Assembly: GCA_052035645.1 (NCBI GenBank)
Contig: JBPOHK010000109.1
Location: forward strand, 798 to 64,797
Reading direction: 5' to 3'
Source: Pseudomonadota bacterium
Lineage (GTDB): Bacteria; Pseudomonadota; Gammaproteobacteria; Steroidobacterales; Steroidobacteraceae
Length of the DNA stretch: 64,000 nt
How positions within the stretch are numbered: the first letter of the stretch is position 1; each line of letters starts with the position of its first letter. Below the pieces are notes generated by a model. It was given only the letters and a program-made list of their open reading frames with translations, was not told where the DNA came from and ran no database searches. This document shows positions 8,358-16,782 of this stretch, one piece after another. Both the position numbers and the translations under genes were made by a program.

Positions 8358-10169
8358 TCAGAACCACTCGTCCTGCATCGACAGCGTGGTCGCGTCGAGG
8401 CTGGCGAGCAAGTCGAGCTGCGGTCCGATGCGCGGCAGCTCGTAAAGGAAGAAATACCGGGCGGCCTGCCGCTTGCCGTCGTAGAACGCGCCGCCGTGCC
8501 CGTGCGCGGCGCAGGCCTGCTCGAGCCAGACCCACGCCAGCACCGCATGGCCGAAGGCCTCGAGGTAGATCGAGGCGTTGGCGAGGGTGCGCGCCGGATC
8601 GCCGCTGGCGTGCAGGCGGCGGGTGACGTCGGCGACGCGGGCCACGGCCGCCTCGAGCGACGCGGCGTGCGCGGCGAGGTCCGCGTCGCCGGCCGAACGT
8701 GCCCGCGCGACCGTCGCGCCGATCACCCGGCCGAGGGCGGCGAAGGCCGCGCCGCCCTGCAGCGTGACCTTGCGGCCGAGCAGGTCGAGTCCCTGGATGC
8801 CGTGCGTGCCCTCGTGGATGGGATTGAGACGATTGTCGCGGTAGAACTCCTCGACCGGGTAGTCACGGGAATAGCCGTAGCCGCCGTGGACCTGGATGGC
8901 GAGGTCGTTGGCGGCGAGGCACCACTGCGACGGCCAGGACTTGGCGATGGGCGTGAGGATCTCGAGCAGCAGGTGCGCTCCGGCCCGCGCCTCGGCCGTG
9001 GGCGCCGTCTTCTCCTCGTCGACGAGTCGCGCGCAGTACAGCGACAGGGCCAGGCCGCCCTCCACGTAGGATTTCTGCGCGAGCAGCATCCGGCGCACGT
9101 CCGGGTGCTGCACGATCGGCACCTGCGGCGAGGCGGGGTCGCGCGCCGACAGCGGCCGCCCCTGCGGACGGTTGCGCGCGTACTCGAGCGACTCGAGGTA
9201 ACCGGCGTAACCGAGTGCCACGGCCCCGAGGCCGACGCCGATGCGCGCCTCGTTCATCATGTGGAACATGTACGCGAGGCCCTGGTGCGGCTCGCCGACC
9301 AGGTAGCCGATGGCGCCCGCCCGGCCCTCGGGCCGGCGGCGGCCCTCGCCGAAGTTGAGCAGCGTGTTGACCGTGCCGCGGTAGCCCATCTTGTGGTTGA
9401 GGCCCGCGAGCGCGACGTCGTTGCGCTCGCCGACCTCGCCGGCCGTAGAAACGAGGCTGCGCGGCACGATGAACAGCGAGATGCCCTTCACGCCCGGCGG
9501 CCCGCCCGGGATGCGCGCCAGCACGAGGTGCACGATGTTCTCGGCGATCTCGTGCTCCCCGCCCGAGATCCACATCTTGTTGCCGGTGAGGCGGAAGCGC
9601 GCGCCGAGCGGCGAGTCGCCGTCGGGTTCGGCCCGGGTCGCGACGTCGGCGAGCGAGGAGCCCGCCTGCGGCTCCGACAGGCACATGGTGCCGGTGAAGC
9701 GGCCCGCGAGCATCGGCCGCACGAAGGCGTCGACCTGCGCGGCCGAGCCGTGCGCGAGCAGCAGGTTGGCGTTGCCGACGGTCAGCATCGAGTACGCCGA
9801 GGTGGCGACGTTGGCCGCGGCGAAGTACGCGAAGCACGCCTTGTCGACGGCCTGGGGCAGCTGCATGCCGCCGTACTCGAGGTCGTGGGTCGCCGCGAGC
9901 AGGCCGGCCTCCGCGAAGGCGCGCACCGCCTCGGGCACCTCCGGCGGCACGGTCACCCGCTCGCCGTCGAACTGCGGCTCGTGGGTGTCCGACTTGCGAC
10001 GGTGCGGCAGGTACCGCTCGGTCGCGAGCCGCTCCGCGGTGTCGAGGACGGCGTCGAAGGTCTCGCGGCCATGCTCGGCGAAGCGCTCGCGCGTGCACAG
10101 GGCCGGCACGTCGAGCCATTCGTAGAGCAGGAACTCCAGGTCGCGGCGCGAAATCAGTCGGGCGGTCAT
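8358..10169 (-). CDS. long (about 600 aa) acyl-CoA dehydrogenase with extra N- and C-terminal domains
   Basis: 603 aa. N-terminus MTARLISRRDLEFLLYEWLDV, then CLSEPQAGSSLADV and GNKMWISGGEH. First gene of the co-directional minus-strand cluster, divergent from the LysR-like gene. Confidence 0.85.
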   Translation of the reverse strand: MTARLISRRDLEFLLYEWLDVPALCTRERFAEHGRETFDAVLDTAERLATERYLPHRRKSDTHEPQFDGERVTVPPEVPEAVRAFAEAGLLAATHDLEYGGMQLPQAVDKACFAYFAAANVATSAYSMLTVGNANLLLAHGSAAQVDAFVRPMLAGRFTGTMCLSEPQAGSSLADVATRAEPDGDSPLGARFRLTGNKMWISGGEHEIAENIVHLVLARIPGGPPGVKGISLFIVPRSLVSTAGEVGERNDVALAGLNHKMGYRGTVNTLLNFGEGRRRPEGRAGAIGYLVGEPHQGLAYMFHMMNEARIGVGLGAVALGYAGYLESLEYARNRPQGRPLSARDPASPQVPIVQHPDVRRMLLAQKSYVEGGLALSLYCARLVDEEKTAPTAEARAGAHLLLEILTPIAKSWPSQWCLAANDLAIQVHGGYGYSRDYPVEEFYRDNRLNPIHEGTHGIQGLDLLGRKVTLQGGAAFAALGRVIGATVARARSAGDADLAAHAASLEAAVARVADVTRRLHASGDPARTLANASIYLEAFGHAVLAWVWLEQACAAHGHGGAFYDGKRQAARYFFLYELPRIGPQLDLLASLDATTLSMQDEWF

Positions 10170-10262
10170 CGGGGCATGATACCGGCATGCGCGGCCGCGG
10201 CGCAGGCCCGGACCCCGGCGGGCGACCTGTGCAGGCGTCGTGCCGTCTGCTAGCTTCGCTGC

Positions 10263-11297
10263 ATGGCGAAGACCCCCAGCCTGATCGACATCCTGTCCCT
10301 GGTCCCCGCCCGCGACCTCGCCCGTGCCGCGCGGGTGCTCGGCCTCGACACCGAGACCCTGAAGAAGCGGATGGACTCATTCGAGACGGCCCTGGGGTTC
10401 AAGCTGGTGGACAAGGCCGCGCGGGCCCTGCGGCCCGGGGAAGCCGGGCGGCTGGTGATCGACCACGCGAGCCGGATCTTCTCGCAGGCACGCGACCTGA
10501 CCCGCGACCTCGAGGAACTGGCCGGCCTGCAGTCGCCCGAGCTGCTGTTCGGCACGGACATGTTCGCCGCGGAACTGCCGCTCGGTGCGGCGCTCGGGCG
10601 CATGGCCACGGCCAACTCGCGACTGCGGGTGAATGCCCAGCTCGGCAACTTCGAGCACCTCGCCCGCGAGGTCCTCGCCAACCGGCTCGAGTTCGCGATC
10701 GCGGACACGACCGCCGCGGAGCGCCACCCGACCCGGCTGGCCATCGAACCGGTCGCCGAGCACCGGGTGTTCTTCTTCGTGCGCGAGGGCCACCCGCTCG
10801 CCGCCGCCCGCGAGGCCGCGCTCGAGGCCATCCTGGTGTTCCCGCTGGTGGCGCCGCGCCTGCCCCAGCGCATCGCCGCGCACGTCGCGAAATCGTCGGC
10901 CAACGCGAGGGTCGACCGCGAGAGCGGCGACCTCGCGCCCGGACTGATGCTCGACGCCTTCAGTGTCGCCCGCAACGTCGTGCTGAACGGCGACGCCGTC
11001 GGGCTGGCGCCGTTCGCGGCCGTCGAGGCGGACCTGCGTGCCGGGCGGGTCGCGCTGCTGCCGTTCGGCGCGCCCTGGATGCACCTGAGCTACGGCCTGT
11101 TCTACCCGCGCAAGCGCTCGCTCTCGCGCGTCGCACAGCTCTTCGTCACGCAGTTGCGCCAGGTCGAGGCCTCGCTGCAGGCGCGCGAGCAGCGCGCACT
11201 CGTGCGCCTGGAGGAGCGGCGCCGGCCGCGGCGCGCGCCGCCCGCGAAGAAACGGCCCGCCACGGCCCGCCGCCGTGCACCCGCGAGGAAGACCTGA
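10263..11297 (+). CDS. LysR-type transcriptional regulator (atypical HTH, basic C-terminal tail)
   Basis: 344 aa. The N-terminus has an LysR-like HTH pattern (LARAARVLGLDTETLKKRMDSFETALGFKLVDK...PGEAG), followed by a substrate-binding-type body. The tail is RRRPRRAPPAKKRPATARRRAPARKT. Divergent from the acyl-CoA operon. Confidence 0.65.
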   Translation: MAKTPSLIDILSLVPARDLARAARVLGLDTETLKKRMDSFETALGFKLVDKAARALRPGEAGRLVIDHASRIFSQARDLTRDLEELAGLQSPELLFGTDMFAAELPLGAALGRMATANSRLRVNAQLGNFEHLAREVLANRLEFAIADTTAAERHPTRLAIEPVAEHRVFFFVREGHPLAAAREAALEAILVFPLVAPRLPQRIAAHVAKSSANARVDRESGDLAPGLMLDAFSVARNVVLNGDAVGLAPFAAVEADLRAGRVALLPFGAPWMHLSYGLFYPRKRSLSRVAQLFVTQLRQVEASLQAREQRALVRLEERRRPRRAPPAKKRPATARRRAPARKT

Positions 11298-11298
11298 C

Positions 11299-12717
11299 GT
11301 GCACCTGCCGATCCGACTGCTGTGCATCCTGGCCGCGCTGGCCGCCCCCGGGCTGGCCGAGCCGGCCGCGCCCGCGACCCTGCGCCTCGACTATTTCCAC
11401 ACCGGCGGCCGCGGTGCCGAGGTGTTCGCACTGGACGCGGTGCGGGTCGAGCCGCTGCCGTGGCCGGGCAACCTGCAGCGCACGGTCGACGAGCTGGGAC
11501 TCGGCAATTACCGCTACGAGGTCCGCGACCTGCAGGGCGCCCTGCTCTACTCGCGCGGCTACTCCTCGATCTATGCCGAGTGGGTCACGACGGAGGAAGC
11601 CGCGACGGCCTCGCGCACCTTCCACGAGTCGCTGCGGTTTCCGCTGCCGGCCGGGCCCGTGGACGTGACGGTTCTGAAGCGGGACGCGCGCCAGGCATTC
11701 CAGCCCGTGTGGACGACGCGGGTGGACCCGGCCGGCATGTTCGTGGACCGCGCCGCGCCTGCGCAGCAGACGCTGGTCGAGATCGAGAAGCACGGCGACC
11801 CGGCCGACAAGGTCGACGTGCTGCTGCTCGGGGACGGCTACACGGCGACGGAATGCGCGACGAAGTTCGGCCGTGACGCGCGGCGACTCGTCGACGAGCT
11901 GTTCGCGCACGAGCCGTTTGCAGCCCGCCGTCGCGACTTCAACGTCTGGGGACTGTGCCCGCCGGCCGCCGAGTCGGGCATCTCGCGCCCTTCGACCGGG
12001 GTGCACCGGCGCACGCCCGTGGGCGCCACCTACGACGCCTTCGGCTCCGAGCGCTACATCCTCACGTTCGACAACCGCGCGCTGCGGGACGTCGCGGCCT
12101 GGGCGCCGTACGAGATGATCGAGATCCTCGCGAACGGCCGGACCTACGGCGGCGGCGGCATCTACGGCGCCTTCGCGACCGTCGCCGTCGACAGCGCCTG
12201 GGCCGACTACGTGTTCGTGCACGAGTTCGGGCACCACTTCGCGGCACTGGCCGACGAGTACTACACCTCGCCGGTCGCCTATGCGCCCGCGGCGTCGGTC
12301 GTCGAGCCCTGGGAGCCGAACGTCACCGCGCTGCTCGACCGCGAGCGGCTGAAGTGGCGGCACCTGCGCGAGTCCAGCACGCCCGTGCCGACGGCGTGGC
12401 CCAAGGCCGAGTTCGAGGAGCGGCAGCGCGAGTTCCAGGCCCGCCGGCGCGAGATCCGCGCCGATCAGCGCCCCGAGGCCGAGATGGACGCGCTGTTCCG
12501 CGAGGAGCAGGCGTACACGACCGGGCTGTTCCGCTCGGCCGAGCACGCGCACGCCGTGGGCGCGTTCCAGGGCGCCAACTACGACGCGCAGGCGTTCTAT
12601 CGCCCGCAGCTCGACTGCGTCATGTTCACCCGCGACGAGGTGCCGTTCTGCCGGGTCTGCCAGGAGGCGATCGGGCGCATCATCGATCTCTACGCCGGCC
12701 CGCCGGCCGCGCGCTGA
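11299..12717 (+). CDS. secreted M64 (IgA-peptidase family) zinc metallopeptidase
   Basis: Has HEFGHH zinc motif and the signal peptide VHLPIRLLCILAALAAPGLA. GTG 11299 is preferred because GAGGAAG lies 8 nt upstream. The track start at 11275 (also GTG) is the alternative. Starts 1 nt after the LysR stop. Confidence 0.8.
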   Translation: MHLPIRLLCILAALAAPGLAEPAAPATLRLDYFHTGGRGAEVFALDAVRVEPLPWPGNLQRTVDELGLGNYRYEVRDLQGALLYSRGYSSIYAEWVTTEEAATASRTFHESLRFPLPAGPVDVTVLKRDARQAFQPVWTTRVDPAGMFVDRAAPAQQTLVEIEKHGDPADKVDVLLLGDGYTATECATKFGRDARRLVDELFAHEPFAARRRDFNVWGLCPPAAESGISRPSTGVHRRTPVGATYDAFGSERYILTFDNRALRDVAAWAPYEMIEILANGRTYGGGGIYGAFATVAVDSAWADYVFVHEFGHHFAALADEYYTSPVAYAPAASVVEPWEPNVTALLDRERLKWRHLRESSTPVPTAWPKAEFEERQREFQARRREIRADQRPEAEMDALFREEQAYTTGLFRSAEHAHAVGAFQGANYDAQAFYRPQLDCVMFTRDEVPFCRVCQEAIGRIIDLYAGPPAAR

Positions 12718-12731
12718 ACCAGGGCACGCGC

Positions 12732-13958
12732 ATGCAGCAAGCCGCCGGCCTCGCCATCGTCTCGCCGCTGCGCCGGCCGGAGGTCGCGCGCCGCACCACC
12801 ATCGCCCTCGGCGTGCTTCTGCTGCTCGCGGCCGTGATCATCCTGCTGGTGGTCAACGGCTCCGGGCCCGAGGCGGCCGACGTGTTCGTCTCGGCACTCG
12901 CGCTCTCGAGCCTGCTCGCGCTGCTGCCGGTGCTCATCCTCTGGTACCTCGATCGCCGCGAACGCGAGTCGCCCTGGCTGTTCGCCGCCGCCTTCCTCTG
13001 GGGCGGCCTGATCGCGACGACGCTGGCACTGCCGGTGAACACGCTGGTGATCGCCGCCGTCGGGAGCTGGCTCGAGCAGAACGCATCGCTGAAGGCGATG
13101 CTCGGCCCGGACGCCGCGCTGATGGTGGGCGCGCCGCTCGCCGCGCCGCTGGTCGAGGAAACCACCAAGGGCCTCGGCATCGTGCTGCTGTTCTGGCTGA
13201 TGCGCGCCGAGTTCGACAACGTGCGCGACGGATTCATCTACGGGGCGCTGGTCGGCGCCGGCTTCAACTGGTTCGAGTCGGCCCTGTACGTGCAGCAGAA
13301 CTTCGTGCAATACGGCGAGGCCTCGTACGGTTTCCAGCTCGGCACGCGCTACGCGTGGCTCGGCCTCGCGGGACACGCGATGTTCTCCGGCCTGTTCGGC
13401 GCCTCGCTCGGGCTCGCGCGCGCGACGCACCGCCGCCTCGTGCGCTACCTTGCGCCGGTCGCGGGCCTGCTGCTCGCGATGCTGGCGCACGCCTGGAACA
13501 ACTCGCTGCCCCTGCTGTTCGCACTCGCGGCGGCGAACTCGGGCGAAGCCCCGCCCACCGAGAGCACGCCGCCGCCGATGCTCGGCCTGACCGATGCGCT
13601 CGTCTCGGCCAGCATCTCGAACCTGGTGATCTTCCTGCCGTTCGCGCTGCTGATGGCGTGGATCATCCGCCGCAGCGGCCAGGCCGAGCGCCGCGTGATC
13701 CGCGAGGAACTGGCGGACGAGGTCGGACGCAGCGTCACGCCGGCCGAGTACGCCGCGATGCAGGCCGACCGCACCTATCGAACGCGGCGCATCCCGGGCG
13801 GACGGCGCGAGGTCGCGACCTCGCTGGTGCTGGCGCAGAACGAGCTGGCGTTCCGCAAGCGACGCCTGCGCGACCGCGGCTTCGACCCGGAGCAGGATGC
13901 GCACGCCGCCGCCCTGCGCGACGCCATCGCCGGGCTGCGCGGGCGACTCGACGCCTGA
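12732..13958 (+). CDS. prsW: PrsW-family intramembrane glutamic protease
   Basis: ATG 12732 lies inside the 11955..13958 track ORF. Multi-pass membrane protein with the EETTKG and HAWNN signature motifs, plus a C-terminal soluble extension of about 110 aa. Confidence 0.8.
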   Translation: MQQAAGLAIVSPLRRPEVARRTTIALGVLLLLAAVIILLVVNGSGPEAADVFVSALALSSLLALLPVLILWYLDRRERESPWLFAAAFLWGGLIATTLALPVNTLVIAAVGSWLEQNASLKAMLGPDAALMVGAPLAAPLVEETTKGLGIVLLFWLMRAEFDNVRDGFIYGALVGAGFNWFESALYVQQNFVQYGEASYGFQLGTRYAWLGLAGHAMFSGLFGASLGLARATHRRLVRYLAPVAGLLLAMLAHAWNNSLPLLFALAAANSGEAPPTESTPPPMLGLTDALVSASISNLVIFLPFALLMAWIIRRSGQAERRVIREELADEVGRSVTPAEYAAMQADRTYRTRRIPGGRREVATSLVLAQNELAFRKRRLRDRGFDPEQDAHAAALRDAIAGLRGRLDA

Positions 13959-14087
13959 CGCGGCGGCAACCTAGCGTCCTTCACCATCTACGTATTCAGA
14001 TTTGCCGCACGAGCGCGTGAACTAGACTCAGTTCCGGCTGCGGCGGGCGTCGCGCCGGACGGCAGGTTCCCGAACCCAGGAGTCACC

Positions 14088-14606
14088 ATGTCCACCGCAC
14101 GACGCGCGCTGATCCCCCTCGCCGCGGCCGCCCTCGCCTGCGCCGCGTTCACCGTGCAGGCCGGCGAGACGTTCACCGCCAAGCTGTCCGGCGCGGAGCA
14201 GTTGCCGGATGCGACCGACAGCAAGGCGACCGGCACGCTCGTGCTGACCGTCAGCGACGACGGCAAGTCGGTCGCCTACCGGCTGACGGTCGAGAACCTG
14301 TCGAATCCGTCGGGAGCCGACGTGCATCTCGGTCCGCCGACGATGAACGGTCCGCTGGTCGTCAAGCTGTTTCCGAAGCGCGGCGAGAGCGCGAAGAAAG
14401 GCCCGTTCAGCGGCGTGCTGGCCGAGGGCAGCTTCGACGGCGGCGACTTCCTGGGCCCGATGACGGGCAGCCCGCTGGCCGACTTCATCGAGGAGCTCAA
14501 GGCCGGCAACACGTACACCAACGTGCACACGAACGACGGCCAGGATCCGCCCGAGTCCGGCCCCGGCGACTATCGCAACGGCGAGATCCGCGGCCAGCTT
14601 AAGTAA
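14088..14606 (+). CDS. secreted CHRD-domain protein
   Basis: 172 aa. Signal peptide MSTARRALIPLAAAALACAAFTVQA, AGGAG RBS, and a CHRD-like pattern (TGTLVLTV...VAYRLTV...GADVHLGP...YTNVHT...GEIRGQL). Confidence 0.7.
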   Translation: MSTARRALIPLAAAALACAAFTVQAGETFTAKLSGAEQLPDATDSKATGTLVLTVSDDGKSVAYRLTVENLSNPSGADVHLGPPTMNGPLVVKLFPKRGESAKKGPFSGVLAEGSFDGGDFLGPMTGSPLADFIEELKAGNTYTNVHTNDGQDPPESGPGDYRNGEIRGQLK

Positions 14607-14615
14607 CCTCGGCCC

Positions 14616-14655
14616 CGTCCGGGCCCGGCCTCCCGCGCGAGGCCGGGCCCGGACG
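14616..14655 (+). terminator. GC-rich hairpin downstream of the CHRD gene (putative terminator)
   Basis: Perfect 17-bp stem CGTCCGGGCCCGGCCTC / GAGGCCGGGCCCGGACG with loop CCGCGC, 10 nt after the stop. Only a weak T tract (GTTTCC) follows. Confidence 0.5.
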
Positions 14656-14751
14656 CGCGCGATCGTTTCCGTAGCGGTCCCAACCGGCACCCGGCGCGCC
14701 GACGCCGGCCTACGATGGTCGCCGACGACTTCCTCGTCGAGGCCGAACGCC

Positions 14752-15894
14752 ATGCACGACCGCACCCTCCTGCTGGAGCCGAGCGCAACGTCGTCGAATC
14801 TCGCGGCGACGCTCTCGGGCCAGTTCGACGACCTGCACCGGCAGGTTCGCCGCGGGCACCCCGCCGTCACCCGCATGGCCTGCGCGCTGTTCGACTCCGG
14901 CGACGACACCGTCAGGACGTTCGTGAACTCGACGGTCGACGTCGAACCGCTCGTGCGCTACCAGTGCGCCCTCGCGAGCGTCCCTTCGCTGCTGGAACTG
15001 GCGGCCGAGCGCCGGACCCGCACGATCCACGACCTGCGGGACGCCTTGCGGCCGTCGTCGGAGCACTCGCGCTGGCTGCTCGACCGGGGCTACCGCTCCT
15101 CGTACACCGTGCCGCTGTTCCGCAACCGCGACCTGCTGGCGTTCGTCTTCTTCGACTCGCACGAGCCCGGCACCTTCGGACCGGCGCTGCGCCGCGAGCT
15201 GTCGCTGTACGCATCGGTCGTCGGGCTGTTGCTGAACAACGAGCTGACCGCGCTCGACACGCTGCTCGGCGCCACGCAGCTGGCGCGGGACCTGACGCGC
15301 ATGCGCGACGTCGAGTCCGGCGACCATCTCGAGCGCATGGCACGCTACTCGCGGCTGATCGCCCGCGAGCTGGCGCCGTCGCTCGGCCGCGACGACGAGT
15401 GGGTGGAGCACCTGTTCCTGTTCGCGCCGTTGCACGACATCGGCAAGATCGGCGTGCCCGACACCATCCTGCTCAAGCCCGGCCGGCTCGACCCGCAGGA
15501 GTGGCAGGCGATGACCCGTCACGTGCTGCTCGGCAGCGAGCTCGTCGAGCGGGTGATCGCCGACCTCGGGATGAACGGCTTCCCGAACCTCGCCATGCTG
15601 GCCGACATCGTCGAGTTCCACCACGAGCGCATGGACGGCAGCGGCTACGGTCGCGGCCTGCGCGGGGAGCAGATCCCGATCGAGGCACGCATCGTGGCGA
15701 CGGCCGACGTCTTCGACGCGCTCACGACGCGCCGTCCCTACCGGCCGGCCTGGCCACTCGAGGAAGCCTGCGCGGAGCTCGACCGCATGGCGCGCAACGG
15801 CGCACTCGATCCGCGCTGCGTGCGCGTGCTGCTGGAGCGCCGGGGCGAGGTGGAAGCGATCCGCCGTCGCTTCGCACCGCCCGCCGCGGGCTGA
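14752..15894 (+). CDS. HD-GYP-type c-di-GMP phosphodiesterase-like protein with N-terminal GAF-like domain (GYG variant)
   Basis: 380 aa with HDIGKIGVPD and HHERMDGSGYGRGL. The HHExxDGxGY motif is present, but Gly replaces the Pro of GYP. Confidence 0.8.
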   Translation: MHDRTLLLEPSATSSNLAATLSGQFDDLHRQVRRGHPAVTRMACALFDSGDDTVRTFVNSTVDVEPLVRYQCALASVPSLLELAAERRTRTIHDLRDALRPSSEHSRWLLDRGYRSSYTVPLFRNRDLLAFVFFDSHEPGTFGPALRRELSLYASVVGLLLNNELTALDTLLGATQLARDLTRMRDVESGDHLERMARYSRLIARELAPSLGRDDEWVEHLFLFAPLHDIGKIGVPDTILLKPGRLDPQEWQAMTRHVLLGSELVERVIADLGMNGFPNLAMLADIVEFHHERMDGSGYGRGLRGEQIPIEARIVATADVFDALTTRRPYRPAWPLEEACAELDRMARNGALDPRCVRVLLERRGEVEAIRRRFAPPAAG

Positions 15895-15896
15895 AC

Positions 15897-16730
15897 TCAG
15901 CCGAGCCGGAACACGCGACGCGCGTTGCCGGCGAGGAACGCCGCGCGCGTCGGCTCGTCGAGTCCGAGCGCGGCCAGCCCTTCGAGCGCCCTGGCGGGCG
16001 CGATCATCGGCCAGTTGGTGCCGAACAGCACCTTGCCGTGGCCGTGTCCCTGCAGGTAGGCGACCAGGTTCGCCGGGTAGCGCGACACGGTGTACGCCGA
16101 CGTGTCGATGTACACGTTCGGGTGCTTGGTGGCGACGGCGATCATCTCCTCGGTCCAGGGGTAGCCGATGTGGCCGCCGACGATCACGAGTTCGGGAAAG
16201 TCGAGCGCCACCTGGTCGATGTACGGAATCGGGCGTCCGACCTCGGACGGCATCAGCGGACCGGTGTGGCCGACCTGCGTGCAGAACGGCACGCCGAGCT
16301 CGCAGCACTCGCTGTAGATCGGGTAGAACCGCGCGTGCGTGGGCGGCAGCTCCCAGAGCCAGGGCAGCACGCGGATCGCCCTGAAGCCGAGCTCGCGCAC
16401 GCAGCGGCGTATCTCGCGGACGGCTTCGCGCGGGCGCGACAGGTTCACCGAACCGACGCCGACGAGGCGCCCCCCTCCCGCGGCGACGAACGCCGCGACC
16501 TCGTCGTTCGAGATCAGCTCACCCTGCGGCCCGTGCCACGCACTGATGAGGGCGCGGTCGACGCCGCCCTCGTCCATCGCGCCGAGCGTCACCTCGAGGG
16601 GCCAGTCGCCGTCCGGCGCGGACAGCGTGCGGGGCTGCCCGCGCGTCCAGCGGCGCAGGGACGCGAACATCGGGTGGTTCAGGTGGCGCGCGGTCGGATG
16701 CTGCGCCCAGGCATCGATGATCATCGGCAT
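15897..16730 (-). CDS. amidohydrolase-2 family metal-dependent hydrolase
   Basis: 277 aa starting MPMIIDAWAQHP, with FPELVIVGGHIGYPW and YIDTSA, typical of the Amidohydro_2 TIM-barrel fold. Lies 52 nt downstream of the histidine kinase gene on the same strand. Confidence 0.7.
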   Translation of the reverse strand: MPMIIDAWAQHPTARHLNHPMFASLRRWTRGQPRTLSAPDGDWPLEVTLGAMDEGGVDRALISAWHGPQGELISNDEVAAFVAAGGGRLVGVGSVNLSRPREAVREIRRCVRELGFRAIRVLPWLWELPPTHARFYPIYSECCELGVPFCTQVGHTGPLMPSEVGRPIPYIDQVALDFPELVIVGGHIGYPWTEEMIAVATKHPNVYIDTSAYTVSRYPANLVAYLQGHGHGKVLFGTNWPMIAPARALEGLAALGLDEPTRAAFLAGNARRVFRLG

Positions 16731-16782
16731 CTCGCGGCTCGCGCCGAACCCGGTCGGCGATCCTCGGGATTATGCGCCGGCC

